A stretch of 64,000 nt of DNA from Coriobacteriia bacterium (GCA_009783245.1 WRHL01000002.1:9233-73232); one strand, 5' to 3'. Counted from the first letter of the stretch, positions 9,368 through 19,693 are shown. Made by a program: numbers and translations. The notes: a model not told the origin generated them from the sequence alone.

Positions 9368-11608
9368 TGGCTCCTTTGTCCCGACCTCGATGATCTCAGG
9401 CTCGGGGTCATACACAGACCTGAAGTCGGTCTTGTGGATGAGCTCGCCCTCCTTATTATAAACGTACCTGGTCACCACTATGCTCCGGCCGCGGACGCCT
9501 TCCTGCTTGGTCCGCTCCTCACCTTTATACATCTCTGGGTTATCCACCTTCTTGGTCTCAAAATCCGTACGGTCATAGAACCCGGTGTCCTCGAACTCCA
9601 CCCGGTATCCTGGGTCAGTACCCCACAAGGTACAGGTCACCGAGCTGTCGGTGTAACTCATGGTCAAAAGCAGCCACTGACCGGTATCGTTCTCGAACTT
9701 GAGGTCCGGCCAGCGCCAGGAGATGGTGGAATCGCGCCCCGCCGGGTAGCTTATCATGTAGAACCCGTGTTGCACCCGCTCCACAATGGGCACGCCGGAT
9801 TCAAGGGCAGCGTTGAACACGGTGGTCGCAACCTGGCAGATACCGCCGCCTATCTCGTCGACATACTCGCCCTCTACAATGGCCGTCGCCTCCTGGAAGC
9901 CCCGCTCCGCATTGCATTCACCGGCGGTGTCATTGAAGGACCAGATGCCGCCCGGCTCGATCAACGAATAGTTGATCAGGTCTGAGACAAGGTGGATATT
10001 GGTTATCTTTGCGTCTGAGACGTACAGGTAATCGGTGGTATAGGAGGCGAGCATATCGGTGATACCCATCTCCTCGAGCCCTGCGGTGGTAAGTGTCGGC
10101 TCAAGCTCTGTGACGCTGAGCTGCACCCTGCGATCCTTGACAGGCTCGCCCGTGGGAAAGAGGATGGCGTTGAGGTCGACGGTCACCTGCGCGTAGTTGA
10201 TGCCGGTGCCGTTGATGCTTGGGACAATGGTCAGCTTGTCGTCCACAAGCTCGAAGCGCGCATTCTGAGGGCGAACGCCGCCGGGGTCGCGGTCGCCTAT
10301 GATGTCATGGATGCCCGCTTCCAGCAGGCTTTCCGACACAAAGGCCACAAGCCTTATGCTTGAGCTTCCATCTTCGCCCTTGCCTTCGCCTTTGCCTTCA
10401 CCCTTGGCAGCGCCGGCTCCGCTGGCGCCTCCGCCCGTGCCCACGCCTCCGCCCGTGCCAGCGCCTTCGCCCTCGCCCACGCCTTCAACGGTGGTCCTGA
10501 CCCACGAGCCAAGCGTGTTCGAATCAAGGTTCCAGGAATCCTCATTGCTGTAGACAAGCGCAACCGGCCGCTCAATGGCCTGCTGCGCCAGAAGCGCCAC
10601 CTCGGCCGCCATTTCATCGTCTATGTCCACCGGCACCATGCTCATCGGGATGACCACTGCGCGCCTGTTGCCGGTACTCAGGAAAGCCTGCTCAAGAAGG
10701 TCGACAAAGGCCTCGTTGTCAACGCCTGTCCCCTCCACGCTGGGGACAACAACAAACTGCCCCTCTTCAAAGCGGATATCGGCATTCTGCATACTCTGGC
10801 CAAGAGAATCGCCCAACAACAGCTCAAGCCCCTCTAGGAAACTCTGGTCATACTGCACTTCAGCGGACAACTCGACGCCACCAAAAGCCGCCTTCAGGCG
10901 CCCCGGCAGGTCGAACCCCTTCCCAACCCTAAAGGCCTCCTCGGCAAGCTTGCCGGCATCCACCTTGGCCCCAACGGTGATGTCGGTGATCCGCCAGGAC
11001 TGGGAATCCCCAAAATCCTGACTGCTCTGGTACACGCCGCCAGGATGATACAGCTCGATGGTCTGCTCGTTCGCCCCCGCCTTTGCCAAGTCCTCGTTCC
11101 CAAACAGGAAGACGGGCTCATCCGAGAGCAGCTCACTCATACGCACCTCTAACAGCACCTCGGCTTCCCATTTGGTCAGCCCGCCAAGGTCCACGCCCTG
11201 CATCGTGACTCCCTTATGGACCTTGCCGGAGTACTTGGCGATATCGACAACCAGCCCTAACACCGCAATGGCAACAATGAGGATGAGCACACCAAGCGCT
11301 ATCTGCTTTATCGTGAAACGTCTTGGGGAGAATACCTTCTGACGAGAAGGACCGGTCTTGATCCCCTTGGTCCCTGCGTCGGGGCGCGCCTTCCTGGCCC
11401 TGATGGCGTTGTCCCTGGGAGCCGAGCTCCTGCCACCCTCCCTGGGGACTTGGCTCCTGCCACTCTGCGGCGTCTTGCCGGAGGGCCTGCTACTGCCTGT
11501 GCCTGGGCTGGGGTTCCTTGCGCCAGTACTCCTGGCGGCAGGTGACGAGCCTGAGCGCGACGTGCTTGTTCCAGGCCGTCTACGTGGGGGAGGGTTCTGG
11601 GGGCTCAC
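9356..11608 (-). CDS. VanW-family membrane-anchored protein with peptidoglycan-binding repeats and G5-like tail
   Basis: Basic N-terminus plus TM helix; GGGICQVATTVFNA, PAGRDSTI..DLKFENDT. Confidence 0.88.
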   Translation of the reverse strand: MSPQNPPPRRRPGTSTSRSGSSPAARSTGARNPSPGTGSSRPSGKTPQSGRSQVPREGGRSSAPRDNAIRARKARPDAGTKGIKTGPSRQKVFSPRRFTIKQIALGVLILIVAIAVLGLVVDIAKYSGKVHKGVTMQGVDLGGLTKWEAEVLLEVRMSELLSDEPVFLFGNEDLAKAGANEQTIELYHPGGVYQSSQDFGDSQSWRITDITVGAKVDAGKLAEEAFRVGKGFDLPGRLKAAFGGVELSAEVQYDQSFLEGLELLLGDSLGQSMQNADIRFEEGQFVVVPSVEGTGVDNEAFVDLLEQAFLSTGNRRAVVIPMSMVPVDIDDEMAAEVALLAQQAIERPVALVYSNEDSWNLDSNTLGSWVRTTVEGVGEGEGAGTGGGVGTGGGASGAGAAKGEGKGEGKGEDGSSSIRLVAFVSESLLEAGIHDIIGDRDPGGVRPQNARFELVDDKLTIVPSINGTGINYAQVTVDLNAILFPTGEPVKDRRVQLSVTELEPTLTTAGLEEMGITDMLASYTTDYLYVSDAKITNIHLVSDLINYSLIEPGGIWSFNDTAGECNAERGFQEATAIVEGEYVDEIGGGICQVATTVFNAALESGVPIVERVQHGFYMISYPAGRDSTISWRWPDLKFENDTGQWLLLTMSYTDSSVTCTLWGTDPGYRVEFEDTGFYDRTDFETKKVDNPEMYKGEERTKQEGVRGRSIVVTRYVYNKEGELIHKTDFRSVYDPEPEIIEVGTKEPVRP

Positions 11609-12351
11609 CGTGTCTTTTCCCCTCTACCACGCTTTGGTTCCTTGTAGGGGCCAGAACGCCTCTCCGAGGTGGACGCTGCAGTAGGTAGGGTGGAATAGCC
11701 GAGCTTCTCCTTCTGACCCTTTTGCGCCTTGAGCGCCATGGCGAGGCCGTCGTCTGTGTTGGGACGCACTCCCTGACGCAGGTAGATACCTGCGGTTATT
11801 ATCGACAGGATCACTCCTGCGTAGAGCAGCCACAGGCCACCCGGCGCCTGGGCAGCTCCCCAGCCGGGTAGAAAACGCAGTTCGACAAGACCTAAGCCAG
11901 GTAACATCGGCCAGAGCAGGACCAGCGAACAGAAGCCTACCATGAGGATGGCTGTGGTGAGCTTGCCTAAGAAGATGACCTTGAAGCCCCTGTTGAATCT
12001 CCTCTTCTGGTAGATGGTCAGGGCAAGCATGCAGGCATCGCGCGCGAAGAGGAGTACCAGTATCCACAGCGGCATGCGCCCAACCAGGAAGATGGCAACG
12101 ATGCTGAACCCGATGAATACCCTATCGACCAAGGGGTCGAGCCACTGTCCCAACCGGGAAACGGAGTTGGTGATGCGGGCAATGAAGCCGTCGACGGCGT
12201 CGGTCAGCGACGCAGCCAACAGGATGATGAAAGCCAGGAAGTTGTTCTCGTATCTGACCAGCAGCACAAAGAAGACCGGGAGCAACAGCAACCGGATCAC
12301 AGAAAGAAGATTGGGGATGGTGAGAATCCTGTTCGATACTTCCTGCGGCAC
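11605..12351 (-). CDS. pgsA: CDP-alcohol phosphatidyltransferase (PgsA-like)
   Basis: TIPNLLS; D-x2-DG-x2-AR...GQWLDPLVDR. GTG start at 12351 after GAGGAG. Confidence 0.88.
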   Translation of the reverse strand: MPQEVSNRILTIPNLLSVIRLLLLPVFFVLLVRYENNFLAFIILLAASLTDAVDGFIARITNSVSRLGQWLDPLVDRVFIGFSIVAIFLVGRMPLWILVLLFARDACMLALTIYQKRRFNRGFKVIFLGKLTTAILMVGFCSLVLLWPMLPGLGLVELRFLPGWGAAQAPGGLWLLYAGVILSIITAGIYLRQGVRPNTDDGLAMALKAQKGQKEKLGYSTLPTAASTSERRSGPYKEPKRGRGEKTR

Positions 12352-12579
12352 AGACTCCTCTTCCTGACCTCGTTCAGACGCCCAATATGCCTCACAGAGC
12401 TGCAACTTCTGAGCTTCAAGCGATAGCAACAGCTCCTCTGTGACAAGTATACGCGAAATAGCCTCAGCTAGTCAGGCTGTTGTGTGATAATTGACGTAAC
12501 ACTGACAGACTGAAAGCCGTCTCTGGCGCTGCCTTTTTATTGGGGCTGGCTAGGAAAGCAGCCTATGGTTACCCGTATT

Positions 12580-13860
12580 CTAGACGGCCTCTAGCGCCTG
12601 CTTGACGTCGGCGAGCAGGTCGGCCGTAGCCTCTATGCCGCAGGAAAGGCGGATCATATCCGGCTCGATGCCGGCTGCCGTCAGCTCCTCGTCGCTCATC
12701 TGGCGATGCGTGGCGTTCGCAGGATGCAGGACGCAGGTGCGTGCGTCGGCCACATGGGTGGCGATCTGCCCCAGCTTAAGGCTCTTCATGAACTGCTCGG
12801 CGCCCGCGCGCCCGCCAGCCACCCTGAAGCTCACCACGCCGCAGGAACCACCTGGCAGGTACTTCAACGCCAGCTCATGGTAAGGGTCGCCAGGCAAGTC
12901 GCAGTATTTCACCTGCACCACCTTGGGGTGAGCGCTGAGGTACTCGGCAACAGCCAGCCCGTTGATGCAGTGCTGCTTCATGCGCAGGTGCAGGCTCTCC
13001 AGCCCCAGGTTCAACAAAAAGGCGTTCTGCGGTGACTGCGTGGAGCCAAAATCGCGCATGAGCTGCGCCGTTGCCTTGGTGATGAAGGCGCCCTCCAGCC
13101 CAAAACGCTCGGTATAGACAACGCCGTGGTAGCTCTCATCCGGCGTGGTGAGGCCGGGGAACCTATCCGCATGGGCGTTCCAGTCAAACCGCCCCGCGTC
13201 CACAATGCAGCCGCCCACAGCAGAGCCGTGGCCGTCCATGTACTTGGTGGTCGAGTGCACCACAATGTCGGCGCCCCACTCGATGGGACGGCAGTTGACC
13301 GGCGTGGGGAAGGTGTTGTCGATGATCAGCGGCACGCCATGCGCGTGCGCTGCCTGCGCCCAACGCTCGATGTCAAAGACGGTCAGCGCCGGGTTGGCGA
13401 TGGTCTCGCCAAAGACCGCCTTGGTGTTAGGCTCAAATGCCGCCTCAAGCTCTGCGTCCGAGCAGTCAGACGGTAAGAACGTGAACTCGATGCCCATGCG
13501 CTTCATGGTGACGGCGAACAGGTTGTAGGTGCCGCCATACAGCTCAGAGGACGCGACTATATGGTCGCCAACCCCCGCGATGTTGAACACAGAGAAGAAG
13601 CTCGCCGCCTGTCCCGACGAGGTGAGCATGGCCGCTGAGCCGCCCTCCAGCTCGCAGATCTTCGCGGCGACGTTGTCATTGGTGGGGTTCTGCAGCCGCG
13701 TGTAGAAATAGCCCGCCTCCTCCAAGTCGAAGAGCTTGCCCATGAACTCGCTGGTATCGTACTTGAATGTGGTGCTCTGGATGATGGGCACCTGGCGCGG
13801 CTCGCCGTTTTTTGGCTGGTACCCGCCCTGCACACAGATGGTCTCTATGGACTTGCTCAT
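12580..13860 (-). CDS. metY: O-acetylhomoserine aminocarboxypropyltransferase (sulfhydrylase)
   Basis: YTRLQNPT, DNTF, HSTTKY (PLP Lys), HPANATHRQ. Confidence 0.93.
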   Translation of the reverse strand: MSKSIETICVQGGYQPKNGEPRQVPIIQSTTFKYDTSEFMGKLFDLEEAGYFYTRLQNPTNDNVAAKICELEGGSAAMLTSSGQAASFFSVFNIAGVGDHIVASSELYGGTYNLFAVTMKRMGIEFTFLPSDCSDAELEAAFEPNTKAVFGETIANPALTVFDIERWAQAAHAHGVPLIIDNTFPTPVNCRPIEWGADIVVHSTTKYMDGHGSAVGGCIVDAGRFDWNAHADRFPGLTTPDESYHGVVYTERFGLEGAFITKATAQLMRDFGSTQSPQNAFLLNLGLESLHLRMKQHCINGLAVAEYLSAHPKVVQVKYCDLPGDPYHELALKYLPGGSCGVVSFRVAGGRAGAEQFMKSLKLGQIATHVADARTCVLHPANATHRQMSDEELTAAGIEPDMIRLSCGIEATADLLADVKQALEAV

Positions 13861-14025
13861 GATGATGTGCTCCCTTTTCTACAGGTAAAATTTGCAGCGT
13901 ATTATCTTATACCATTAAGCAGATAACGATAAGCCTGAGTCCCTCAAACGGCGCCGGCAACCATCCCAGACCCAAGTCCCTTCCGGCGCCGTGGTTGTAG
14001 CCTGCTGCCAAGGTGGCATGTGTGT

Positions 14026-14157
14026 ATGACAAAGGGCTTCATGACATATGACAAAGGGGACGGTCCCTTTTGTCATATGAAGTCCGGGGTGGCAATATGA
14101 CAAAGGGGACGGTCCCTTTTGTCATGATGCCCTTTGTCATGATGCCCTTTGTCATGA
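14026..14157. repeat. REP-like palindrome cluster
   Basis: Two full ATGACAAAGGGGACGGTCCCTTTTGTCAT units plus several CCCTTTGTCAT half units. Confidence 0.9.
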
Positions 14158-14195
14158 AGCCCGGGGTGACAGCAGATTGCAGTAGTTTCTTATTA

Positions 14196-15503
14196 TCAGG
14201 CGTGTTCGAGGACGCGGGGGGCAACCTGCTTCTTGCGGGAGAGGATGCCTGGCATCCAAACACTGCCCTCGGCGAAACTTATGTCAAAGGCGCGCTCGAC
14301 CACCCGGGGGTTCCCTGCAAGCAGAAGCTGCGAGCCCTCCGCGATGACGTCGGTGACCAGCAGCAAGGCGAATTCATAGCCGCGCTCGGCCACCTTCTTC
14401 TCCAAGTGGGATATGAGCTCAGTCTCGTGCTTGAGGATGCTCGCAAGTGAGACGGTCTCATATTGCGCGATGAGCACGGTCTTATCGGCAACCTCGAACT
14501 CCTTGGCGTCAGTGCCCGTGATCGCCTCGATGGTCGGCGGACTCGCCGCATCGCGGCTCCCAAAGAGCTCGATGCCGAATTGCAGGGCGTCCACTCCTAC
14601 GAGTTCGCCCAGATAGGCTGCGACCTGGTGGTCGATGGGTGTGCAGGTGGGCGACTTGAGCAGCACCGTGTCGGTCATGACGGCTGAGAGCAGCGCAGCG
14701 GCGATGCCCCGGGGTATCTCCACCTTATGGCGCTGGAACTGAAGCGTGACTATGGTAGCTGTTGAACCTACGGGCAGGTTGAGGAACTGGATGGGCGAGT
14801 TTGTCTGGACATCACCGATGCGGTGATGGTCGACTATCTCCAGCACGTCGGCATCCAGGATCCCCGGAGCGCTCTGGGCGACCTCGTTGTGGTCGACCAG
14901 GATGACGCGGCGGCGGGGTGGACGTGCCAGGTTTGAGCGGGTGATGATGCCGATGCACCTGTTCTCATCGTCAAGGACCACTGCCTCGCGCAGGGACGCG
15001 GAGAGGACGTCGTCGATGACGTCTTTGAGGAGCGCCTCGGGCTTGAGGGTGAGCGCGCGCCGGTCCAGATGACCCTCTACGCTGTCTGCGAGTGTGTCCT
15101 GGCGTGTGCGTTCGCTGTCGAGCTCCGAGATGAAGATCTCCGCGAGCATGCGGGTGGTGAACAGGCCGTGGTAGGTGCCATCCAGCTCGGTGACCACCAG
15201 GGCCCTGATCTTGCTATCGCGCATGCGGAGCCCCGCATCCAGCAGGCTGGCGTCTATGGGGACGCTGATGACCGGGCTGGTCATGACGTCGCTGACGCGG
15301 CTGAAGAGGTGCGGTATGACCGCGGGTGGCTGAACGCCGTATCGATCGAACACCCAGCGCGTCTCATGGGGCAGCGGGCCGAGCCGCACCGCCTCATAGG
15401 CTTGCTCGGGATTGAGCTGCCCTTTGAGATAAGCGTAGGCGACGGCGCTGCTGATCGAGTCGTTGTCTGGATTCTTATGGCCCAGTACCAGTATCCGATG
15501 CAA
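14196..15503 (-). CDS. ppaC: Mn-dependent family II inorganic pyrophosphatase with CBS pair (no DRTGG)
   Basis: GHKNPDNDS, LVDHNE, DHHR, SRKKQ; CBS insertion; TTG start. Confidence 0.93.
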   Translation of the reverse strand: MHRILVLGHKNPDNDSISSAVAYAYLKGQLNPEQAYEAVRLGPLPHETRWVFDRYGVQPPAVIPHLFSRVSDVMTSPVISVPIDASLLDAGLRMRDSKIRALVVTELDGTYHGLFTTRMLAEIFISELDSERTRQDTLADSVEGHLDRRALTLKPEALLKDVIDDVLSASLREAVVLDDENRCIGIITRSNLARPPRRRVILVDHNEVAQSAPGILDADVLEIVDHHRIGDVQTNSPIQFLNLPVGSTATIVTLQFQRHKVEIPRGIAAALLSAVMTDTVLLKSPTCTPIDHQVAAYLGELVGVDALQFGIELFGSRDAASPPTIEAITGTDAKEFEVADKTVLIAQYETVSLASILKHETELISHLEKKVAERGYEFALLLVTDVIAEGSQLLLAGNPRVVERAFDISFAEGSVWMPGILSRKKQVAPRVLEHA

Positions 15504-15613
15504 AGTTCCTCCCCTGACGGAATCTGTCTATTGCGGTACAAGGGGGACGATGACACCCCCACTGTCCGTACCAGTATAGAGGATACGCTGGATGAAGTGC
15601 TGGGAATTGCCCG

Positions 15614-16579
15614 TCAGTCCAGAGGGAAGAGCGTGTAGGCGGTGCGGTCCTTGGAGGGGACGCGACAGACCTCTATGTGGAAGGCCTGCTCGATGGCGCC
15701 GGAGTCGAAGACCTCCTCCACGCTGCCGGCGCAGATGCAGCGGCCTTTCTTCATGACCACCATCGCGTCGGAGTAGCGCAGGGCCAGGTCGAGGTCGTGG
15801 ATGACCATGAGGATGGTCTTGCCGGAGATGCGGTTGAGCTCGGTGATCAGCTGCATGATGTCGTGGCAGGCGCGCACGTCGAGGTAGGTGGTGGGCTCGT
15901 CGAGCGCGATGATATCAGTGTCCTGGGCGAGCGTCATGGCGATGAAGGCGCGCTGCCGTTCCCCGCCGGAGAGGCGACGTACGTCGTGGTTGCGGAACTC
16001 CTCGATGCCCGCCAACAGCATCGCCTCCTCGATCTGCCGCTTGTCCTCAGCGTCAAGATGCGAGCGCATCTGGCTGTGGTAGGGATAGCGGCCGCAGGCT
16101 ACCAGCGCCTCGACGCTCATGGCGGGAGGCCGGGCGCCCTGTGCGAGCAGGGCCAGATGCCGCGCCCGCTGCCTGCCCTTCATCCCCAGGCTGGGTTTGC
16201 CGTCGATGAGCACCTCGCCACCGTGTGGCTCGATGATCCCGTCGATGAGCTTGAGCAGGGTCGACTTGCCGCAGCCGTTGGGCCCCACGATGCTGGTTAT
16301 CTCGCCTCGAGCGATGTCAAGGCTCAGGCCCTCGATGAAGGGCTTCTTGGTGTAGGTATAGCTGAGGTCCTTCACGCTGATGGCCTGCGGCGATACGCCC
16401 CTGGCAGGGGTGGATGCAACAGGGCGGGCGGCGGCGGATGTGACAAAGGGGACGGTCCCTGATGTGACAAAGGGGACGGTCCCTTTTGTCATGTCTTCTG
16501 AAGATGTGACAAAAGGGACCGTCCCCTTTGTCACATCCGCAAAACGCTCCGTCCCCTTTGTCGCATCTGTCTTACGCAT
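15614..16579 (-). CDS. Iron-complex/heme ABC transporter ATP-binding subunit, with repeat-derived N-terminal extension
   Basis: GPNGCGKST, LSGGERQR, LDEPT, HDL; ATG overlaps the permease 3' end. Confidence 0.92.
   Translation of the reverse strand: MRKTDATKGTERFADVTKGTVPFVTSSEDMTKGTVPFVTSGTVPFVTSAAARPVASTPARGVSPQAISVKDLSYTYTKKPFIEGLSLDIARGEITSIVGPNGCGKSTLLKLIDGIIEPHGGEVLIDGKPSLGMKGRQRARHLALLAQGARPPAMSVEALVACGRYPYHSQMRSHLDAEDKRQIEEAMLLAGIEEFRNHDVRRLSGGERQRAFIAMTLAQDTDIIALDEPTTYLDVRACHDIMQLITELNRISGKTILMVIHDLDLALRYSDAMVVMKKGRCICAGSVEEVFDSGAIEQAFHIEVCRVPSKDRTAYTLFPLD
16437..16567. repeat. REP-like palindrome cluster inside the ABC ATPase CDS
   Basis: GATGTGACAAAGGGGACGGTCCC units, read as TKGTVPFVT. 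Confidence 0.9.
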
Positions 16580-17579
16580 CGCCGTGCTTCCTGTTCTTGA
16601 TTATCAGGTAGACAAAGAAGGGGCCACCGATAAAGGCCATGAGTATGCCCACGGGGATCTCATAGGGTGCAAAAGCCGTCCGCGCCAACAGGTCGCAGAA
16701 GACCACAAAGGCCGCGCCAAAGGTCGCGCTCAGGGGTAGGACTACGCGGTTATCGTGCCCCACCAGAAAGCGGATGAGGTGCGGCACTATCAACCCCACA
16801 AAGCCAAGCAGGCCCGCAAAGCTCACGGCACAGCCAGCCAGAAGCGCAGCCAGCCCCAGAAGCGACATGCGCCAACGCCCCACGTTCATGCCCAGGGAGT
16901 GCGCCGTCGCGTCGCCCAGCGACATGATGTTGAGCTTGTTCGCCACCAGCACCGCCACTACCAGACCGATGATGATATAGGGCGCTGGCCAGATGAGGTT
17001 AGTCATCAGCACGCCGGACAGGCCGCCTACCAAGAAGCGTGATGCCCCTATGTAAGCGTCAGGGTTGACGATAAGTATGGTGTTCATCCCCGCCGCGAAG
17101 ATGCTGGATAACGCGATACCTGCCAACACCACCGTCAGGCGGGAGGCTCCCATGCCCAGCGAGATGAAGAAGATGATGACGGCGGTGACCAGGGCGCCGG
17201 CAAAGGCGGCAAGCGGCTGCAGGGCGAACAGGCCGGGCACAAAGGCGCTCACCAAAAGCACGGCAAAGCCGGCGCCGGCGTTGATGCCTATGATGTTGGG
17301 GCAGGCCAGCGGGTTGTCGAGCACCGCCTGGATGAGCGCGCCGGCCATGGCGAGCGCGGCTCCGGCCAGAAGCGCGGCCAATACCCGCGGAAGCCGCACG
17401 TTGAGCAGTATGCTCTTGGCGCTGTCGCTTAAGGGGTGGCCGGTGATGAGCGCCCAGAACTCCGGCAGGCCCACAGAGCTCGACCCCACAAAGAAAGCGA
17501 CAACTGTGGCCAGCACAAGGAATGTGACGGTCGCCGTTATCGCTATAGCCTTGGTGCGTCTAGCCCTCAGAGGCTTCAT
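16572..17579 (-). CDS. FecCD/BtuC-family ABC permease
   Basis: RLPRVL, NPLACP.IIG, GFVGLIVPH, EIPVG. Confidence 0.93.
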   Translation of the reverse strand: MKPLRARRTKAIAITATVTFLVLATVVAFFVGSSSVGLPEFWALITGHPLSDSAKSILLNVRLPRVLAALLAGAALAMAGALIQAVLDNPLACPNIIGINAGAGFAVLLVSAFVPGLFALQPLAAFAGALVTAVIIFFISLGMGASRLTVVLAGIALSSIFAAGMNTILIVNPDAYIGASRFLVGGLSGVLMTNLIWPAPYIIIGLVVAVLVANKLNIMSLGDATAHSLGMNVGRWRMSLLGLAALLAGCAVSFAGLLGFVGLIVPHLIRFLVGHDNRVVLPLSATFGAAFVVFCDLLARTAFAPYEIPVGILMAFIGGPFFVYLIIKNRKHGDA

Positions 17580-17644
17580 AGACCCCCACTTGTCACACGG
17601 TTACCACTGCCGGACTGCACCCCTGCGCCCTTATCGTTAAGAAT

Positions 17645-18679
17645 CTAATCATACAATATGTCTGAAAGCGTCTGGTAGCTCTGGCCCCAGTTCGCGTTTG
17701 GCTTGTAGAGGAACAGTTTCTTGTCAAGCGTGATGTAGCGCCCGTTTCGCACCGCGTCCAGGGTGGCCCAGGCGGGGTTGGCCGCGGTGGCCTCCTCCAG
17801 GTTCTTCAGGGCGGCGGCGTCGTCGTTGCCCATGGGGACCACCAATATGAAGTCGGGGTTCAGCTCGATGATCGACTCAAGGCTGAAATCCCGCAGCAGG
17901 CTTGCGTGCTCATCGGCGAGGTTTATCACGCCCAGCTCAGCCAGCATGGTGCCCGTCATGGTTGAGGAGTCCTGCACCCGCGTCCCCCCCGAATAGGTGG
18001 TCATGAGCAGCACCGTGGGCTTTGAGTTGTACGTGGCGGCCTTGGTTTTGACGGTGTCTATCTGCTGCTGGACCGCAATGCCGTTTTGCTCGTACCGGTC
18101 GTCGCGGCCGGTGATGTCGCAGCAGACGCGCAGCATCCGCAGGTAGTCCTCAAAGTTGGTCACGTTGAAGTAGGCGACCTCTATGTTGGAGCTTTTGAGT
18201 GCGTCGCGCAGACCCACCTGGCTTGCCGAGGCATCCTTGCCGGTCGACAGACCGCTCATGATGACAAGGTCGGGCTCCAGGGCGATGATGAGCTCCAGGC
18301 TTGGGTCGGCAAAATAGCCCACCTCGGCGATATCCGCGCCGGTAAGGCCGTAGTCCTCAAAAGCGTCGCTGGTCGCCCCAATAAGCGTACCGCCAGCCAG
18401 CTCCCAGATGTTGGCAAAGCTGCCCATACAGGCCACCACGCGCTGGGGATTGTCCACCGTGACCTCATAGCCCAGGTCGTCGGTGAAGGTGCAGGCGGTT
18501 GCCTCGGCGGCCTGCCCGGTGGCCTGCCCTGTGGCCTCTCCGGTCGCCTCTCCGGTTGTCTGCCCCGGTGTCTCCTTGGCGGGTTCCTCCGTCTTGCAGC
18601 CCACCACCAGGGTGGCAGCAAGGCACACGCACAGCGCGCACGCAACAAGACGGGAGATCATTCCTTTACGATAGAACAT
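17645..18679 (-). CDS. Iron-complex/cobalamin-type ABC substrate-binding lipoprotein
   Basis: Lipobox LVVGC; FTDDLGYEVTV..PQRVV; SLELIIALEPDLVI; 12-bp repeat linker (TGEA/TGQA). Confidence 0.9.
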   Translation of the reverse strand: MFYRKGMISRLVACALCVCLAATLVVGCKTEEPAKETPGQTTGEATGEATGQATGQAAEATACTFTDDLGYEVTVDNPQRVVACMGSFANIWELAGGTLIGATSDAFEDYGLTGADIAEVGYFADPSLELIIALEPDLVIMSGLSTGKDASASQVGLRDALKSSNIEVAYFNVTNFEDYLRMLRVCCDITGRDDRYEQNGIAVQQQIDTVKTKAATYNSKPTVLLMTTYSGGTRVQDSSTMTGTMLAELGVINLADEHASLLRDFSLESIIELNPDFILVVPMGNDDAAALKNLEEATAANPAWATLDAVRNGRYITLDKKLFLYKPNANWGQSYQTLSDILYD

Positions 18680-18682
18680 GGT

Positions 18683-19693
18683 CTAGTTTCCTTCCGATTC
18701 CAACTCCAGCTGCTGCCCATGCGCGCAGTAGTCGTCCTGCGCCATGATGTCGCCTTCATGGTAGTAAGCCGCGCGCGCCCTACAGCCGCCGCAACCATCC
18801 TTATAGTCGCAGGTACCGCAGGCGCCGCTGTACGCCTGCGTGCGCAGGGTCTGAAACACCGCGCTGTTCTGCCAGATCACATCAAAGGGCGTCACACGCA
18901 CGTCGCCCGCCTCCTCGGTCATGTACGCGCAGGGGCGCACAATGCCCTCGGATCCAATGACGCAATAGGTCAGCCCCGCCAGGCAGCCGCGACTGAAGCG
19001 CGTCTCAATGCCCAACTGCTTGGCAACCCGGGTGAACTGCGGCGCGCAGGTGGGCTTCACGTCTATGGATACCTCGGCCTGCTTGGTCATGATGGCCCGC
19101 AGCAGCTCCTCGTTCTCGCGCACCGCAAGCGAGGTCTCTTTGATGTACACGCCACGTCCCACGGGGATCAGAAAGAAGATGTAGTGGGCAACCGCCCCGA
19201 TCTCTGCGGCAAAGTCAGTGATGGCGCAGACCTCGTCCCTGTTCCAGTCCACCACCGTGGTGTGCAGCTGGAAGGGCAGCCCCGCCTTCTTGCAGTTCTC
19301 AATACCCGCCAAGGTGAGCTTGTGGGCGTCCACAAGGCCCCTGAACTCGTCATGCTTTGCCGCGTCTAGGCTGTCTATGCTGATGCCCATGGCCACGGCG
19401 CCGCACTCCTTCAGGCGCCAGGCCACCTCCTCGGTGATGAGGATGCCGTTGGTGCCAAAGACCGGTCGCAGCCCCTTGCCAGCGGCGTAGGCGACCAGGT
19501 CGAAGATGTCCGGACGCAGCAGCGGCTCGCCGCCCGAGAAGATCATTATCTTGAAGCCGGCCTTCGCGATCTGGTCGATCATGGTGAAGGCCTCGGCGGT
19601 TGTGAGTTCCTTCTCCTGGCTCTCGTCCGCGTCCTGGTAGCAATGCTTGCACTTGAGATTGCACTCGTTCGTGGTCATCCACGACACAATCAT
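18683..19693 (-). CDS. ahbD: Radical SAM/SPASM protein, NirJ2/AhbD (heme b synthase)-like
   Basis: MIVSWMTTNECNLKCKHCY, SGGEP, KPTCAPQF.R, SPASM CLAG..CGTC..CGGCRARA. Confidence 0.8.
   Translation of the reverse strand: MIVSWMTTNECNLKCKHCYQDADESQEKELTTAEAFTMIDQIAKAGFKIMIFSGGEPLLRPDIFDLVAYAAGKGLRPVFGTNGILITEEVAWRLKECGAVAMGISIDSLDAAKHDEFRGLVDAHKLTLAGIENCKKAGLPFQLHTTVVDWNRDEVCAITDFAAEIGAVAHYIFFLIPVGRGVYIKETSLAVRENEELLRAIMTKQAEVSIDVKPTCAPQFTRVAKQLGIETRFSRGCLAGLTYCVIGSEGIVRPCAYMTEEAGDVRVTPFDVIWQNSAVFQTLRTQAYSGACGTCDYKDGCGGCRARAAYYHEGDIMAQDDYCAHGQQLELESEGN

Noticed and set aside
9356-11608. Vancomycin resistance cluster (vanW plus ddl-like and dac)
   Set aside because: The genes are dispersed, no vanHAX or vanRS is seen, and VanW-domain proteins are common in non-resistant bacteria.
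13861-14025. SAM riboswitch upstream of metY
   Set aside because: SAM-I-like words (GAGGGACT, CGGCAACC) lie on opposite strands. A TGGTATAAG -10 sits only ~50 nt from the ATG. The ACGGCGCCGG/CCGGCGCCGT hairpin is more simply a terminator-like stem.
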